Assembly (NCBI RefSeq): GCF_021028975.2
Contig: NC_059429.1
Location: forward strand, 25,234,001 to 25,298,000
Direction of reading: 5' to 3'
Origin: Sphaerodactylus townsendi
Taxonomy: Eukaryota
Length of the DNA stretch: 64,000 nucleotides
The notes beneath the pieces were generated by a model that did not search any database, was not told where the DNA came from, and worked only from the letters and a program-made list of their open reading frames with translations. The first letter of the stretch is position 1. Each line of letters begins with the position of its first letter. The position numbers and the translations under genes were made by a program. Of the stretch, positions 37,001-48,300 are shown in pieces.

Positions 37001-40000
37001 ATAAGTACCTTGCATTGCCACCAGATGTAACCCTGCTGGAGGTTGAATATGGTGCATGTTTCTCCTAAAGAGCCGACTGACTACATGCTGCACATCTACA
37101 GGGTTTTGATCTGCTCCATATTGGGTTACAGTTTTGTAGAAGACGATTCCACAAAGGTTATTATTTCTGAAGAAATCTTTGGATTCAAATTTCTATTGAA
37201 TTATTGTAATTTTATGTGTTTCATGTATTGTTAAAGGTTTTTATGACTGGAATCAACTGACTGTTGTGGGTTTTCTGGGCTTTCATGGCCAGAATCAACT
37301 GACTGTGTGTGTTTTCTGGGCTTTCATGGCCAGAATCAACTGACTGTGTGTGTTTTCTGGGCTTTCATGGCCAGAATCAACTGACTGTGTGTGTTTTCTG
37401 GGCTTTCATGGCCAGAATCAACTGACTGTGTGTGTTTTCTGGGCTGTGTGGCTGTGGTCTGGTACAGCCACACAGACCACTGCTACAAAGCCCCAAAATC
37501 CCACAGCAGCCAGTTAAGCTCTTAACAATTCATTCTTTAAGCAATGAGCAATAAAGACATCTTATATATATTATTTTTAATTATTCCTTCTGCTTTTCTG
37601 AACTTTTTTTGATTTCTGACTTCTTGAATAAGTTGGGTTTTGTTTTCCCTTCTGTTTCTTACATGCTACTAAGCACAAATCTCCATGTTGTACCCTTTCT
37701 GGGCAGAAAAGATACTTGTCACATCTCCCACATTTTGAGGGAGCCGGCCGCTGAGCCCGCCCCTCGTGTTGTCCTGCACACTGGCTATCTATTGGACCAT
37801 CTGCCAATCCCCTCCCTTCCCAGGGTTCGATCACTGGGGTTGGGTGCCAGACGTCTTCTATTATTAATCAAATTATTTATTGAAGGCTACTACTGCTGCC
37901 GTAGTTTTATAGTTTTAAGGCTTTGTATTTTAACTGGGGTTATTCGATTTGTTTTATTGTATTGTTGTTTGTTGTGCACCGCCCTGAGCCCTTTGGGGGT
38001 AGGGCGGTTTACCAAATCGAATTTTAAAATAAAAATAAAATAAAATATCTATATGTGGAGGGCAGTTTGCCCTCACACTGACAACCAAGGCTTAGGAACG
38101 AGTCTTCTGTGTGAATGTATAAACTCCAAAGAACACTTTGTTTCTTCTTCAGCAGATATTATGCAAAAGACAAATGGGATTAATTGATATAATTTACAAG
38201 TAAAATAAGCATTTTGTACCAGCCTCTGTTGGCATAGAATTAGAAGTCTAATTTCAGGGGGTATTCCACTCCTCAGTTTTTATTTTTAGTCAAAGGGTAA
38301 ACTGGGATTTGAATGCACTTCTAAATACAAAATACTTCTCAGTGCATACTTCACAGTAGGTTGAGATTGTAATGTAGCTAAAGCAGTAGGCCCCCCTCCC
38401 CCCCCGCCCGGCTGCCCTCGCCACAGCTTGAAGGGTCTCTCCCCAAAATCCTGTTGCTCGGTAGAGGTGATCCCTAGGATTAAAATTTCATGGGGTATTT
38501 CAGACTCCTGTGTGAAGGAGGAACAGGAGAATTGCACTCTGTGAGAGGAAGTCTTTGCTTTCATGATAACATTTTGCTCTGGGACTAAGTCTGGAACCCA
38601 GGATAAAGCAGAGCAATTTCCACAAGAATTGAATTGTGGGGCCAAAGGGAAGCGTGCTGAAAAGAACTTGTGCTGGAAAGTCACTGCTTCTCTGAGTCTA
38701 AGCAGAATAGGATTTCCAGCTCCTATTTATATCCTTGAAGGGCATTTGCTGCTTGAATAATCTGTCAGGTGCAAGAGGGCAGAAAGAAATTAAAACTGCT
38801 TGTGATACCAAGTTCATGAACTAGCATATTCATAGATAATTAGATAATTATATGTATATTTATATATATACAGACACACATGGCCCATTAATTTTTCCAT
38901 GTAGAGATTTTCTGTGTGTACAGCTGACATGGTTTCATTATCCAGATTTGTGTTTCTTAGTGTCAGAACAGATGAGATATAGGGAGATGTGTGGCTGGAA
39001 CTTCCCACGGCTTAAAGCTAAACTGGAGTCACTCATATGGAAGGTTGAGGGGTTCAAAATCCTTCTACCCCGGTATGCTAGGATTAAAGCCCCAACCTCA
39101 ACCAGAACTCTGCACAGATTTAAGCTTTAAAAATACTGGTGAGACCCAGCCATAGATTGCCCAGTTAGTATAATCCTTGGAAGCAGTGGGCAGAATGAGC
39201 GTGAATTAGCTATTATGCTATGTTTTTTTGTGCTGGTTTTTTTGGCTATGTTGCAGCAGCCGTACCCTGGCTCCAAAACATATGAGGCTCTGCAGCTCTT
39301 CTGTCTGATATTTGTGTGCTGCCTTTTCTCTGAGACAAACTCAAGGCACTAGTGCTAAACAATTGCAGAGTAAATCCAGAGTTCCCATTCCCATAATGGT
39401 TAAGCCTTCTGTTGGCAGACATCTGTTCCTTTGGGGAAGGCTGTTTGTATTGCAGGGAGGTTCAGTTAGCAAAATGGAAGTTTTGGGCTCAACCCTTTGC
39501 GTTTTGGAGCAACTGTGATGACTAGAAACTTGAGCTTGTTTTGGTGATTTTTAGCCTCCTGCTGTAGTTATAATGAGTCAGTCCTCCCTACCCCAAACTT
39601 GGAAAATTGTTCATTAACTTTGGTGGTTATAAATGGGATTTAGTCAAGATATGAGCTGACCGCTATTCTGGCTAGCAACTCAAAAGTTTAAAACGGAATA
39701 TGGAATCTTGCCATGAGTTAATCTGATAACTATTTCAAGGGACTAAGTCAGGAATTGCCAAGTTAGCTCTGAAAGCAGATACATTACAGATAAGATGATC
39801 CTGTCTGCCTATTTATTTGAGGAAATTTCAGAAGCAGATGGCAGATTTCCTTTCATGATTATTTATTCATTTATACAGTTCCCTTGTATAACAGCTGGGC
39901 TTTTGAAAGAGTGGGTTGAATCCTACCAATTTCCCCATTAGCTGGAGGGGAGGCCCCTTTCAATAGCCGTATCCTCGAGAACAAAAACCAAATAACAGTG

Positions 40001-41545
40001 AGGAGGGAAATCGGGTATGATTGCATCTCTTCCTCCTTGTAGTCCTGGGGTAGCTGATGGAATCCAACCTCAGAACTAAGAGTGTGAATGAGTTTGATTA
40101 TTAATTGAATAAAAAATATGGGCAGCTAAATCCACATGGGGGACGGCCAAGTGCGCATAGGAAGTGGCAGAGGGCCGTGCCGATGCATTTGCCCCCTCTG
40201 CTGGCACAAGGGGCAAAGGCACTTGGGGGCCTCTCTGCGGCAGTGAAACCCGGAGGTTGAAGCCGCTGCAGAGCAGCAGTGGCATCCACTTGGAAGCTGG
40301 CACAGGAGGGGCAGGGCATTCCCAGTGTGGAGTCAACGTTGGCTTCCACCATCTTTCCATCCAAGGAATGCTGACCCCTGGACCTGCAGACTTACACCAC
40401 ACAAAAGTGTGGCATAAGCTTGTGTTGCCTATGGGGCAGTTTGGGCAGCAGGAGTATTTTGTTTTCTCTTCCTTGTGTGCTACCCGAAGCCCCTTGGGAG
40501 GCAAAACAGCCTTTGCTGCGCCATCACCCGGCCACTGCGACACTCCCCCCACAACTGGATTGCACTGTGTGAAAATGAAAAGCTGGGAGTTTGCCTTTAG
40601 TAAGTCACTGGATTGATGACTTGTAGTCAAGAAGCAGGCATCTCTAAGTAACATAACATTTATAGGAGGAGGAGAATGGAATCAGTTTGTAATTTTGAAG
40701 GTATTCTGAAATTCATAGTAAGATTCATTGTGCAAAAAGCCAGCTTCAGTCTCAGGTGTCTAAATTGTGAAATCACACACCAGTTGTATGTCTTTATGTA
40801 ACATTTTGGCATGTCAAATATATGTGGTCATACTTTTTAAAATTCCATAAAATCAGTGGAACAAGTAATGAGATTAAATCAGATTTTTGGGTGAAAACTG
40901 TGTGCCATTTATTTATTTGTTTCCCACAAACTGACACTGACCTGAATGTATTTAACATGTTTTGAAGTCCTAGAATAGTTATAGGTTTGCAAGGAGAAAT
41001 ACCCTATAAAGACAGGCCCAAGACTCAAAATACTAGTAGTTTAGGAAAGATAAATGAGGGCAGGTGTGGGTTTGGTGTGCACTAAATCAAACAAAAAATG
41101 TCCTCCTTAACCACTGTACCGCTCTGGCTCCCAATGAGAATGAAACACTGGTTTAAAAAGTGAAATCTGAGACACTATCGGTTCTGGAGAAGATGCTGCT
41201 TTGTACGATGTGTAGACTGATTATGATGTTGCAGATAACTAAATCCTCTTGCCAAATATATGGATAGAATTTGAACTTTAGAAAGGAGATAGTTTCAAGT
41301 GGCTAGGCTACAACTTATTCAGTATTGAAAGGTTATTGTTGTAACCCTGTGCTCAAAAATCATCTCATTTATTTTATCATAATATATCCATGTGGATATT
41401 CATTTATTTGTTTGCTGTTGGATAAGAATAATATTCAAAAAAGCGCTTTTTTCTTTGCAGACTCTATGGAGGAATGAACTACCGTCGTCTTGGTGGCGGC
41501 GTAGGAGTTATCAAAATGACACATTGTGAATCTCATATATGGTAA
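22051..41545 (+). CDS. KLHL20: Kelch-like protein 20 (BTB-BACK-Kelch CUL3 adaptor), complete, 11 coding exons, 1830 nt / 609 aa
   Basis: join(22051..22073,22772..23345,26339..26497,28089..28183,29026..29141,31536..31719,33075..33218,33333..33466,34181..34389,36043..36149,41461..41545); nearly identical to recalled human KLHL20. Confidence 0.98.
22192..22440 (+). mobile_element. CR1 3' end fragment
   Basis: ggcttggacagatttatgg...ggactagatggac...cttatgttctta terminus. Confidence 0.8.
22772..23345 (+). CDS. KLHL20: KLHL20 coding exon 2 (BTB domain)
   Basis: [27 protein letters not shown]. Confidence 0.98.
24430..24655 (+). mobile_element. Sauria-type SINE fragment
   Basis: gagttcgatccc B-box, gttgactcagcctt...aggtcg central domain, ggggaaggcaatggcaaacca tail. 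Confidence 0.7.
26339..26497 (+). CDS. KLHL20: KLHL20 coding exon 3 (BACK domain)
   Basis: [11 protein letters not shown]...RRPQLPQ. Confidence 0.97.
28089..28183 (+). CDS. KLHL20: KLHL20 coding exon 4
   Basis: [31 protein letters not shown]. Confidence 0.97.
29026..29141 (+). CDS. KLHL20: KLHL20 coding exon 5
   Basis: [38 protein letters not shown]. Confidence 0.97.
29981..30702. mobile_element. PLE-derived element with ~290-bp inverted arms; hammerhead motif at 30579-30619 (+), degenerate copy at 30033-30073 (-)
   Basis: 14-bp TSD acattattaggaca at 29967-29980 and 30703-30716; arms ~29981-30273 and ~30376-30671. Confidence 0.85.
30868..31020 (+). mobile_element. Old MIR/CORE-like SINE
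   Basis: tgtagtggtt...caggttctcatcc...ctgggtggtcttgggccagtca...agggttattgagagaataaaatg. Confidence 0.6.
31244..31389. mobile_element. Palindromic hAT MITE
   Basis: Near-perfect hairpin; TSD cactagag. Confidence 0.9.
31536..31719 (+). CDS. KLHL20: KLHL20 coding exon 6 (Kelch)
   Basis: [17 protein letters not shown]...YLNSVE. Confidence 0.97.
31757..32051 (+). mobile_element. tRNA-derived SINE (Squam3-like)
   Basis: A-box gtagtggttaag, B-box ggtttgattcc, tail tataaatccaaattcttctt. Confidence 0.85.
33075..33218 (+). CDS. KLHL20: KLHL20 coding exon 7 (Kelch)
   Basis: [19 protein letters not shown]...NIVE. Confidence 0.97.
33333..33466 (+). CDS. KLHL20: KLHL20 coding exon 8 (Kelch)
   Basis: [18 protein letters not shown]...PLNT. 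Confidence 0.97.
34181..34389 (+). CDS. KLHL20: KLHL20 coding exon 9 (Kelch)
   Basis: [16 protein letters not shown]...SRRSG. Confidence 0.97.
35381..35649 (+). mobile_element. tRNA-derived SINE (Squam3-like)
   Basis: Same family as 31757-32051. Confidence 0.85.
36043..36149 (+). CDS. KLHL20: KLHL20 coding exon 10 (Kelch)
   Basis: [35 protein letters not shown]. Confidence 0.97.
37235..37445. repeat. 41-bp minisatellite (4 identical units plus 1 degenerate) derived from a PLE terminus
   Basis: Unit gggctttcatggccagaatcaactgactgtgtgtgttttct starting at 37277, 37318, 37359 and 37400. Confidence 0.9.
37840..38047 (+). mobile_element. L2-like LINE 3' end
   Basis: T-rich UTR, ccgccctgagccc...gggcgg stem-loop, (taaaa)n tail. 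Confidence 0.65.
41461..41545 (+). CDS. KLHL20: KLHL20 last coding exon
   Basis: [27 protein letters not shown]. Confidence 0.97.
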
Positions 41546-43257
41546 ACAACCAATGAGAGGAATACCTTCCTCTGTGTTCATTCCTGTCAAAACTGATCAG
41601 CCTGATGACTTCTGAGTTCTCTGAGGCTCTAGTAAAAGCACGATCACTTATATTCTTTGCCGGTGCCTCTTCTTGTGGGAATGTAATGGACGTTGAACAC
41701 ATTTTCCCCTCCTGTCGTACTGTTACAGAAGACCATCCTACTTTCTTCAGCAAACGGACTGGAGCATGTAGTTTTCCTTGTCTGTCTCTTCCCTTCATCC
41801 TGACTTACTGAACAAACTGGAATTTGATGTTACTCTTAACTTAGTAATAACTTAAGACCTCAAAGTGGACTTAAGGTCTGTCAAACAATGGCCCACTCAA
41901 AGAACGGCATCTGTCCTGAAGGTGAGTGTGTATCTGACACATTCTTCTATCATTTAACCTTCTCTACAGAGAATTTGGTCAACCATTATCACATCTACTC
42001 TTATCTCACTGAAATTGAAGGTAGTTGTGTAAGCCCCCATTTATTTCACCAAGAGCAAGGTAAGAGATGCTGCAATAGTTCTAGCAGATACGTTGAGCCT
42101 TTTTCCATTGAATTTTTATCTTTTTTTATACTATAAGAACTTTTACGTTAACTTTAAATGGGTGGATTGTTACATGCAGCTTTCCAGATGAAGTAATTTG
42201 CAAATTCTGATCACTGTGTAGGTTTTTGAAAGCAGAAAGCTATATCCTGAAGTTGTCAGTCTCATGGGAAAACTGAAAACAAATGATTAGTGTGCATAGT
42301 GTCTTAAGCAAAGAACAGAAGTGTAACAACCAGGAGTATAACACACACTGTGGGTAATTTCATCCCAAACACTGGGATGAGCAAGAACGTACTAATATGC
42401 TCCTCATTTCAGTGAAGCATCTCCTGAGAATGTGTCCCTTTGCTTCAATAATGAGGCTCACATTCTGCATACTTTATATCTCTTGTCAACTTAAGGAGCA
42501 CAAACTAGAGTGAATATTCCTGTATTATATACACAGGCCCATGTGTGCTGCAGTTAAGCAGTCGTTGGGATCGAGAAGCAACGTGGTACATTTTAAAAAG
42601 CAGTTGACTTCCTTTCTCTTCTATTCATTACAATTTCAGAGCACTGTGTATTTTGGGGCTCTGTGGCATAACAGTGCTTATCTTAGTACACCATGGAAAG
42701 AAGTGATTAGCATTACAGTGAAAGTATTGTGACTGCCATCTTTTTCTGAAACATAGCTCATTCTCAGTCGGTTCAGAGGATTATAGCCTTAAAAATCGCA
42801 AATGGATTAAACTGGTATCATTTTTGCAGCTTGCTTGGGGCAAAGAATGAATGCAATTTGACCAGTCATTTATGGCGGCCTGCCTGGGGCTTGACTATTC
42901 TCAGTGTTTGCAGCACAAATAAAAAGAAGCCAGTGTACTGGGCTTGGTGGACCATGAATTCTGCAAAGTTTAGCAACACCAGTTAAAACCTTCCTTACAT
43001 AGCTTTATTTGTAAGCCTTCACAGCTTCAGTGTATTCGAGTGTTGGGAATGGGGGAGGAGATGGTTAACACAAGGGGCTCTTTGGGACAGCTCCCAGAGG
43101 TGAAACCCCTTCGTTTTGCCCAAAAGGTTGGCATTCTTGCGTTTACATTTTGAACATTTGCACCTTTACAAAGAAAAAGTATTCTGTAAACAGTTGTTTA
43201 CATGTATCATTAATGCTTTTTCTAGCATGAGTTAACTTGTATAAATAGCATTACCTT

Positions 43258-43263
43258 AATAAA
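43258..43263 (+). terminator. Probable KLHL20 polyadenylation signal (~1.7-kb 3'UTR)
   Basis: AATAAA followed by a GT/T-rich downstream element; alternative AATAAA at 42918. Confidence 0.6.
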
Positions 43264-45293
43264 ATCTTGTTTGGGATGTTTCGTTTTTTTCCCCTTCCTT
43301 TGCTTTTTCCTTCTTTAGTCAGCCAAATGAACATCTGGAGCAATTTATCCATTGTGGCATCTAAAATTTCTGGTTGAATGAAGGTGTCAAAAGTGGCAAA
43401 AGCTTTTTAGCTTCTCCCCAGTTACTGGGTACCTCTGCCTAGAAGCCACATCATTTATAAGAAAAGTCTTGTTTGTTTTTTCCTAGGAACAGCTGGAGTT
43501 TAGTAGCCAAGCCTTTGGTGGCTTATTTTAAATTGGTACTTGTACAGCTCCTGAACTTATGGGCATCTGACTACTCTCCCTTCTTTCTGTGCTCTCAGTC
43601 TCATGCATGTAGCAGCCTTTTTTATTTTCAGTTCTGCATTTGCTTTTTCTCTTTTCTGCTCCGCACCTGGGAATTTCTGCCTGTATCACAATTCAGTCGA
43701 AGATCATGTTGTGATATTCACCACCCTCAAAACACTTGTGCTGTAGCTTAATACACTGGTTTTTCAGGCTGGAAGAATGGGGCAATCCATAACCCACAGG
43801 GAAAGCAAAAAACCAAATGCCAGCACTAACTGTGTATGTAGTCACATAAATTGTTTGTATTGCCCGTCATCTATACTTCACACATTGCAGTCTGTGGACA
43901 AAAAATTGCCAGAAGACTAATTGCTCCTGTCTCTACCTCGGGCTTTTTTCAAAGGAAAGATGGGTATTTTGTGACACCTTCTGACTATAAGGATGAAACC
44001 CATCTAACACACCAGGAATAGCACTTAGAAGCAAACTTACCTTCCTCCCCCTCTAGCCTATTCTGCCCCCTCACTGGCTAACAGACAGCTAAGAAAAGTG
44101 TGGAGAGTAAAGTGAAAGGGCAATTTGTGAAAGATCCACCATCATAATATTGGCAGGAAGGTCTTCCACTAGAAGACAATCTCATGAGAATCAACCCTAT
44201 AATACATATAATCTGTAATTAATATACATTACACACATGTGCTACTCTTAGTTTTAGAATTCTGAGACTAGATTACACCAGCCTTTCCCCAAACATACAG
44301 CCCCATTTCAACAGGCTGGTCACCCAGTTGCAGTGGTCACCCACACTGGCCCACCAAATCACAATGGTTTCCCCAATGGCATGAGAAGGCGACAAACATG
44401 AAAAATCTCCCTGTTGCCAGAATTACCCCATTGGGCTTAATGGACTTACAACACCAAAAAGGTGGTGTATGTCCAAAGCCCTGGCCATCGGTGCAACAGG
44501 GGCGATGGCTGGATGGGAACCAGCTAGTGTAGGCTCCTCGCCTGATCGTGTCCCCAGACCACCCCCATTGTGGCGGCAGAGGTGGAGGGACACTGACATG
44601 GTGTTCAGCGTCGTGTCCCACTACTGGGGAGGGCCATGGTGGCTGTGCCTCTCAGCTGGGGCAAGTCCGCTGGCACGGCACCATGCCACTCCCAACAGCA
44701 AATTTGCCCCCCCCCCCCCGCACTCAAGATGGGCCAATTAGTCAAATAAAGTGGCACTCTTGTCTCACCTAGACAAGACACACTGGTTAGTTGATGTGAT
44801 GTCTAGATTTCTCACCCAAAAAACCAAGCATTAATGAGGTTAAAACAGACCTTATTGGCCACCAATACTAGTTGAATGTAGTTGGGCATAGCCAACTGCT
44901 ATAATAGAAGTTTGAAGAGCTAATTATCAGTCCTCTAGCTTCACAACAGAAACCTGACAGTAGAGCCGTGTTTCTTTTATGTAACAGAAGCTGTAATTAA
45001 AGCTCCATATGACTATGGCAACTGCAGAAAGGAATTCAAAATACAAACAGGCACACAATAATGTGTGTGACTTGAAAGGTACATGGGTTTTTTTTATACA
45101 ATGAGCAGTATAGTCAACCTGGTTATGATAACTCCATACTAAGTCTGAATTAAGCTATACAGATGTGATTCTTTTCACTGTATATAGAGTAGATTTGACT
45201 GGAATCCATATTTTGTGCTGCATCAATAATAAAAAGCAACAAGCCTCAAGGAACAAGCCATCTCCACACTGGGCAGTTAACAATGGACGTCCA

Positions 45294-45365
45294 TCACAAT
45301 ATTTTTGAAATGGCCAGTTCTGTCATCAATGCCAGGATTTCCAGCAGATATCTGGGCTGAAGAAT
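45294..45365 (-). CDS. CENPL: CENPL last coding exon
   Basis: cag|ILQPRYLLEILALMTELAISKIL*. Confidence 0.9.
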   Translation of the reverse strand: MLQPRYLLEILALMTELAISKIL

Positions 45366-48300
45366 CTGTTGTGTAAAAATAATGGAAAGTCAGATCAAAG
45401 CAGTATGTAATGAAAAGGAGGAGTAGTAGTTTGGATTTATATCCCCCCTTCCTCCTGTAGGAGACTCAAAGGGACTTACAATCTTCCTTCTGCCCCCTGC
45501 CCCCACCAACAAATACCCTGTGAGGTGCCCCCCACAACAAACACCCTGTGAGGTGGGTGGGGCTGAGAGAGCTGTGACTAGCCCAAGGTCACCCAGCTGG
45601 CATGCGTTGGAGTGCACAGGCTAATCTGGTTCCCCAGATAAGCCTCCACAGCTCAAGTGGCAGAACGGTGAATCAAACCTGGTTCCGCTACGCCACTGCT
45701 GCTCTCCTGTTAAAGCAACTGTTAAAAGTCACAGCCCAGTCACTATATCTCCAGTTTCATCCAGAGCCTTCCAGCCACACAACACATGTGTAAAAGAAGG
45801 GCCTGTAGGGTTTGGCATATCCATGCTTTATAGAGCAAAGAAAGAAGTCTCCAGCTGCGGCTCCAGACCACAGATATACAGCCCGGAAAACCCACAACAA
45901 CCAGTGCGGCTCTATTCCTTATTCCGCTTTTCAACAGTAAAAACAAGAGACCGGAGGTTGGTCATGCCAGCAGGGAACAATGGGAATTGTAGTCCATGAA
46001 CATCTGAAGCGCCAGAGTTGGACACCTGTGCTAAGCAGAGGTCCCCAGTGAACCCCATGGCACCCACCATGATGTCCATTTGTGCCTTAATCAAACTATC
46101 TCTTGCCCAGGACCAATGGCTTGCTTGGGAAACAGCTGCTTCCACAGCAAAAGGATATCAGTCTTGCAATGTCACAACATTTTGTGGCTTGCCACAGCAC
46201 CCTGGGGCAGCCATTTTGTGGTGGTGCCCCTTCTCAAAATTCCAAAAGGTGCCACAGGCTCGAGATTGGGAACCAGCATGGGGTAATGGTGAACCAATCT
46301 AATCTGGTGAATCAGGTTTGGTTCCCCACTCCTATACATGAAGCCGGCTTGGACAAGTCACAGTTCTCTGAGAACTCTCTCAGCCCCACCTACCTCACAA
46401 GGTGCCTGTTGAGGGGAGTGGAAGATTATTGTAAGCAGCTTTGAGATTCCTTTAAAGTAGAGAAAAGTGAAATATAAAAAGCCAACTCTTCTTTTCCATC
46501 CCTTGTTCTAAAGTTTCTCATTCTTTGTGCAAATTGCAGCTACATACTTTTCAGAGGCGGCTGCCAGCTGGTGTAGCCCACCACACAATATGGCAGTTTT
46601 GTTAAGACTATCTTGACTCTCAGCATACATTTTCTGGGGGAGGGGGAGTCTTGGAGAGCAGCTATGAGAAAGGGGACGTAGAGGAAAATCTGCCTTGGCA
46701 AATGTCTTACGTTCATGTTTTACATAGTCCAACCCTTTCCTTTTATAATTACTAGAAGTAATTACAGTATTTTGGTAAGAGGTTAAAACCCATAGTCCTC
46801 TTTTATCCGGGGACACTTCTTGTCCTGGAGGGAAACCCCACTGTGGGATCCAAACCAACGCTCTAAATATTTGAATAGTCAATTGGCTAATTCTTTTTTG
46901 ACAGATCAAATGACCAATCCTGTGAGAAAACTATTACATCTAGACTACAGGCATCAGTCAAAGCAGCCTATGAAAAGTGCCAGATTTAATGTGAACCATA
47001 ATTAAAGGGAACAGGTGCAGTTAATACATGTATAGAGGTTTACATAAAGGTGTGACATCTGCAAACAAAAAAAAGTGTATGTACACATTACAACAGTTAA
47101 CGGATAAAGACAAATTCTCCAAGTCATAACATAAATAACAGTCCAGGTCCACTGTGGTGTATAGAACAACCAGTACAGGGACAGTTGCTTAAGATGGGAC
47201 TGGTATTAAGGACGGAGTTAGACTAAGTTTCCAGTACTCAGCCTGTTTCGCCGCTTGCCAACTTTGCTAGACGTGATTTATTACTGTTTGGCTAGTTTCC
47301 CTACAGTTTGCAAGTATCTATTGTGCCAAGAGTGAATTTATAATTAAACATTATAGTAGGTTTTTGATTATTTATAAACCTACTATAATGGTTAATTATC
47401 TTGCCTTGACTGATGTCTGTAACCTAGTGTTGTAGGTTCGTTGTAGCATTTGACTTTTTCTGCTACACATTTTCTTTTTTGGTTTTGCAATCCTGAGAAC
47501 ACAGCCTCCAGCATTAAGAGTAAATGAGAAACAATAAACCCCATGAACTGGCTGTTATCAGTTAGCCAGGCTACATACCTTTATTTTCCCAGCCGTATGG
47601 GCGGAGGCTATGGGTGTAGAGACTTTTACCAGTCTTGTGGCTGACAAATAGATCTTGAAATGTCTATAAAAATGACAGCAAAGGCCATCCATGAATAAGT
47701 CCACCTGTTCTTGTCGGACCTCTTGTTGAGTGGTATGGATTGAATCCCAAAGAGCTTTTGCATCTTCAGCATGGATTGCATAGGAAATATCTAGAGGCTG
47801 AGAAGTGCCAGGAACAGAGAAAGTCAGCTCCACTGCTCCTTTGTGATGCTCTGTCATGTACCCAGTCCACATTGCAGCCATCCAAGCAAGGTTGAGAGGG
47901 CTGATGGTCAACAGACTGAAAGAACAGTCAAAAGTCTTCTGCAGCCACGTTCCAATGATGGCGGAGAGACTTTCTGACCCGTTTGCGAGGAACAAGGGGA
48001 AGCAAGTAAAATTCTCCACAGCTGCGTCTAGCATGTCACCTCCACCAATACTGCAGAAACAGCCCATCCACACCACTTTGGGTCCTGCATTTTCAGCTGT
48101 AACCTGAGTGCGGGTAGAAAGGGTAGAGAGGAGGGAGAAGTTACAACTGATTTTTATTTACGCTTTGAAAAACCCTTTCTTGAGAAACATTTTGAAACGC
48201 AGCAAAATCAAGATTGGGCATCAAACATCTAGCCACCCATCAGGATCCCTAGGTTGTCTAACAGTTGAGTGAGATAGCAACAGTTGCATGAATGAGATTA

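Noticed and set aside
37235-37445. CRISPR-like regular repeat
   Set aside because: Units are contiguous and identical with no unique spacers; eukaryotic intron; derived from a PLE end
40076-40654. Overlapping 150-192 aa ORFs in the last KLHL20 intron
   Set aside because: GC-rich, repeat-like sequence with no recognisable domain or splice support
46508-46909. 133-aa minus-strand ORF as the CENPL last exon
   Set aside because: The real terminal exon with the TELAI motif and a correct acceptor is at 45294-45365
47341-47398. AT-rich hairpin as a miRNA or ncRNA
   Set aside because: Short imperfect inverted repeat, more simply a MITE remnant; no supporting features
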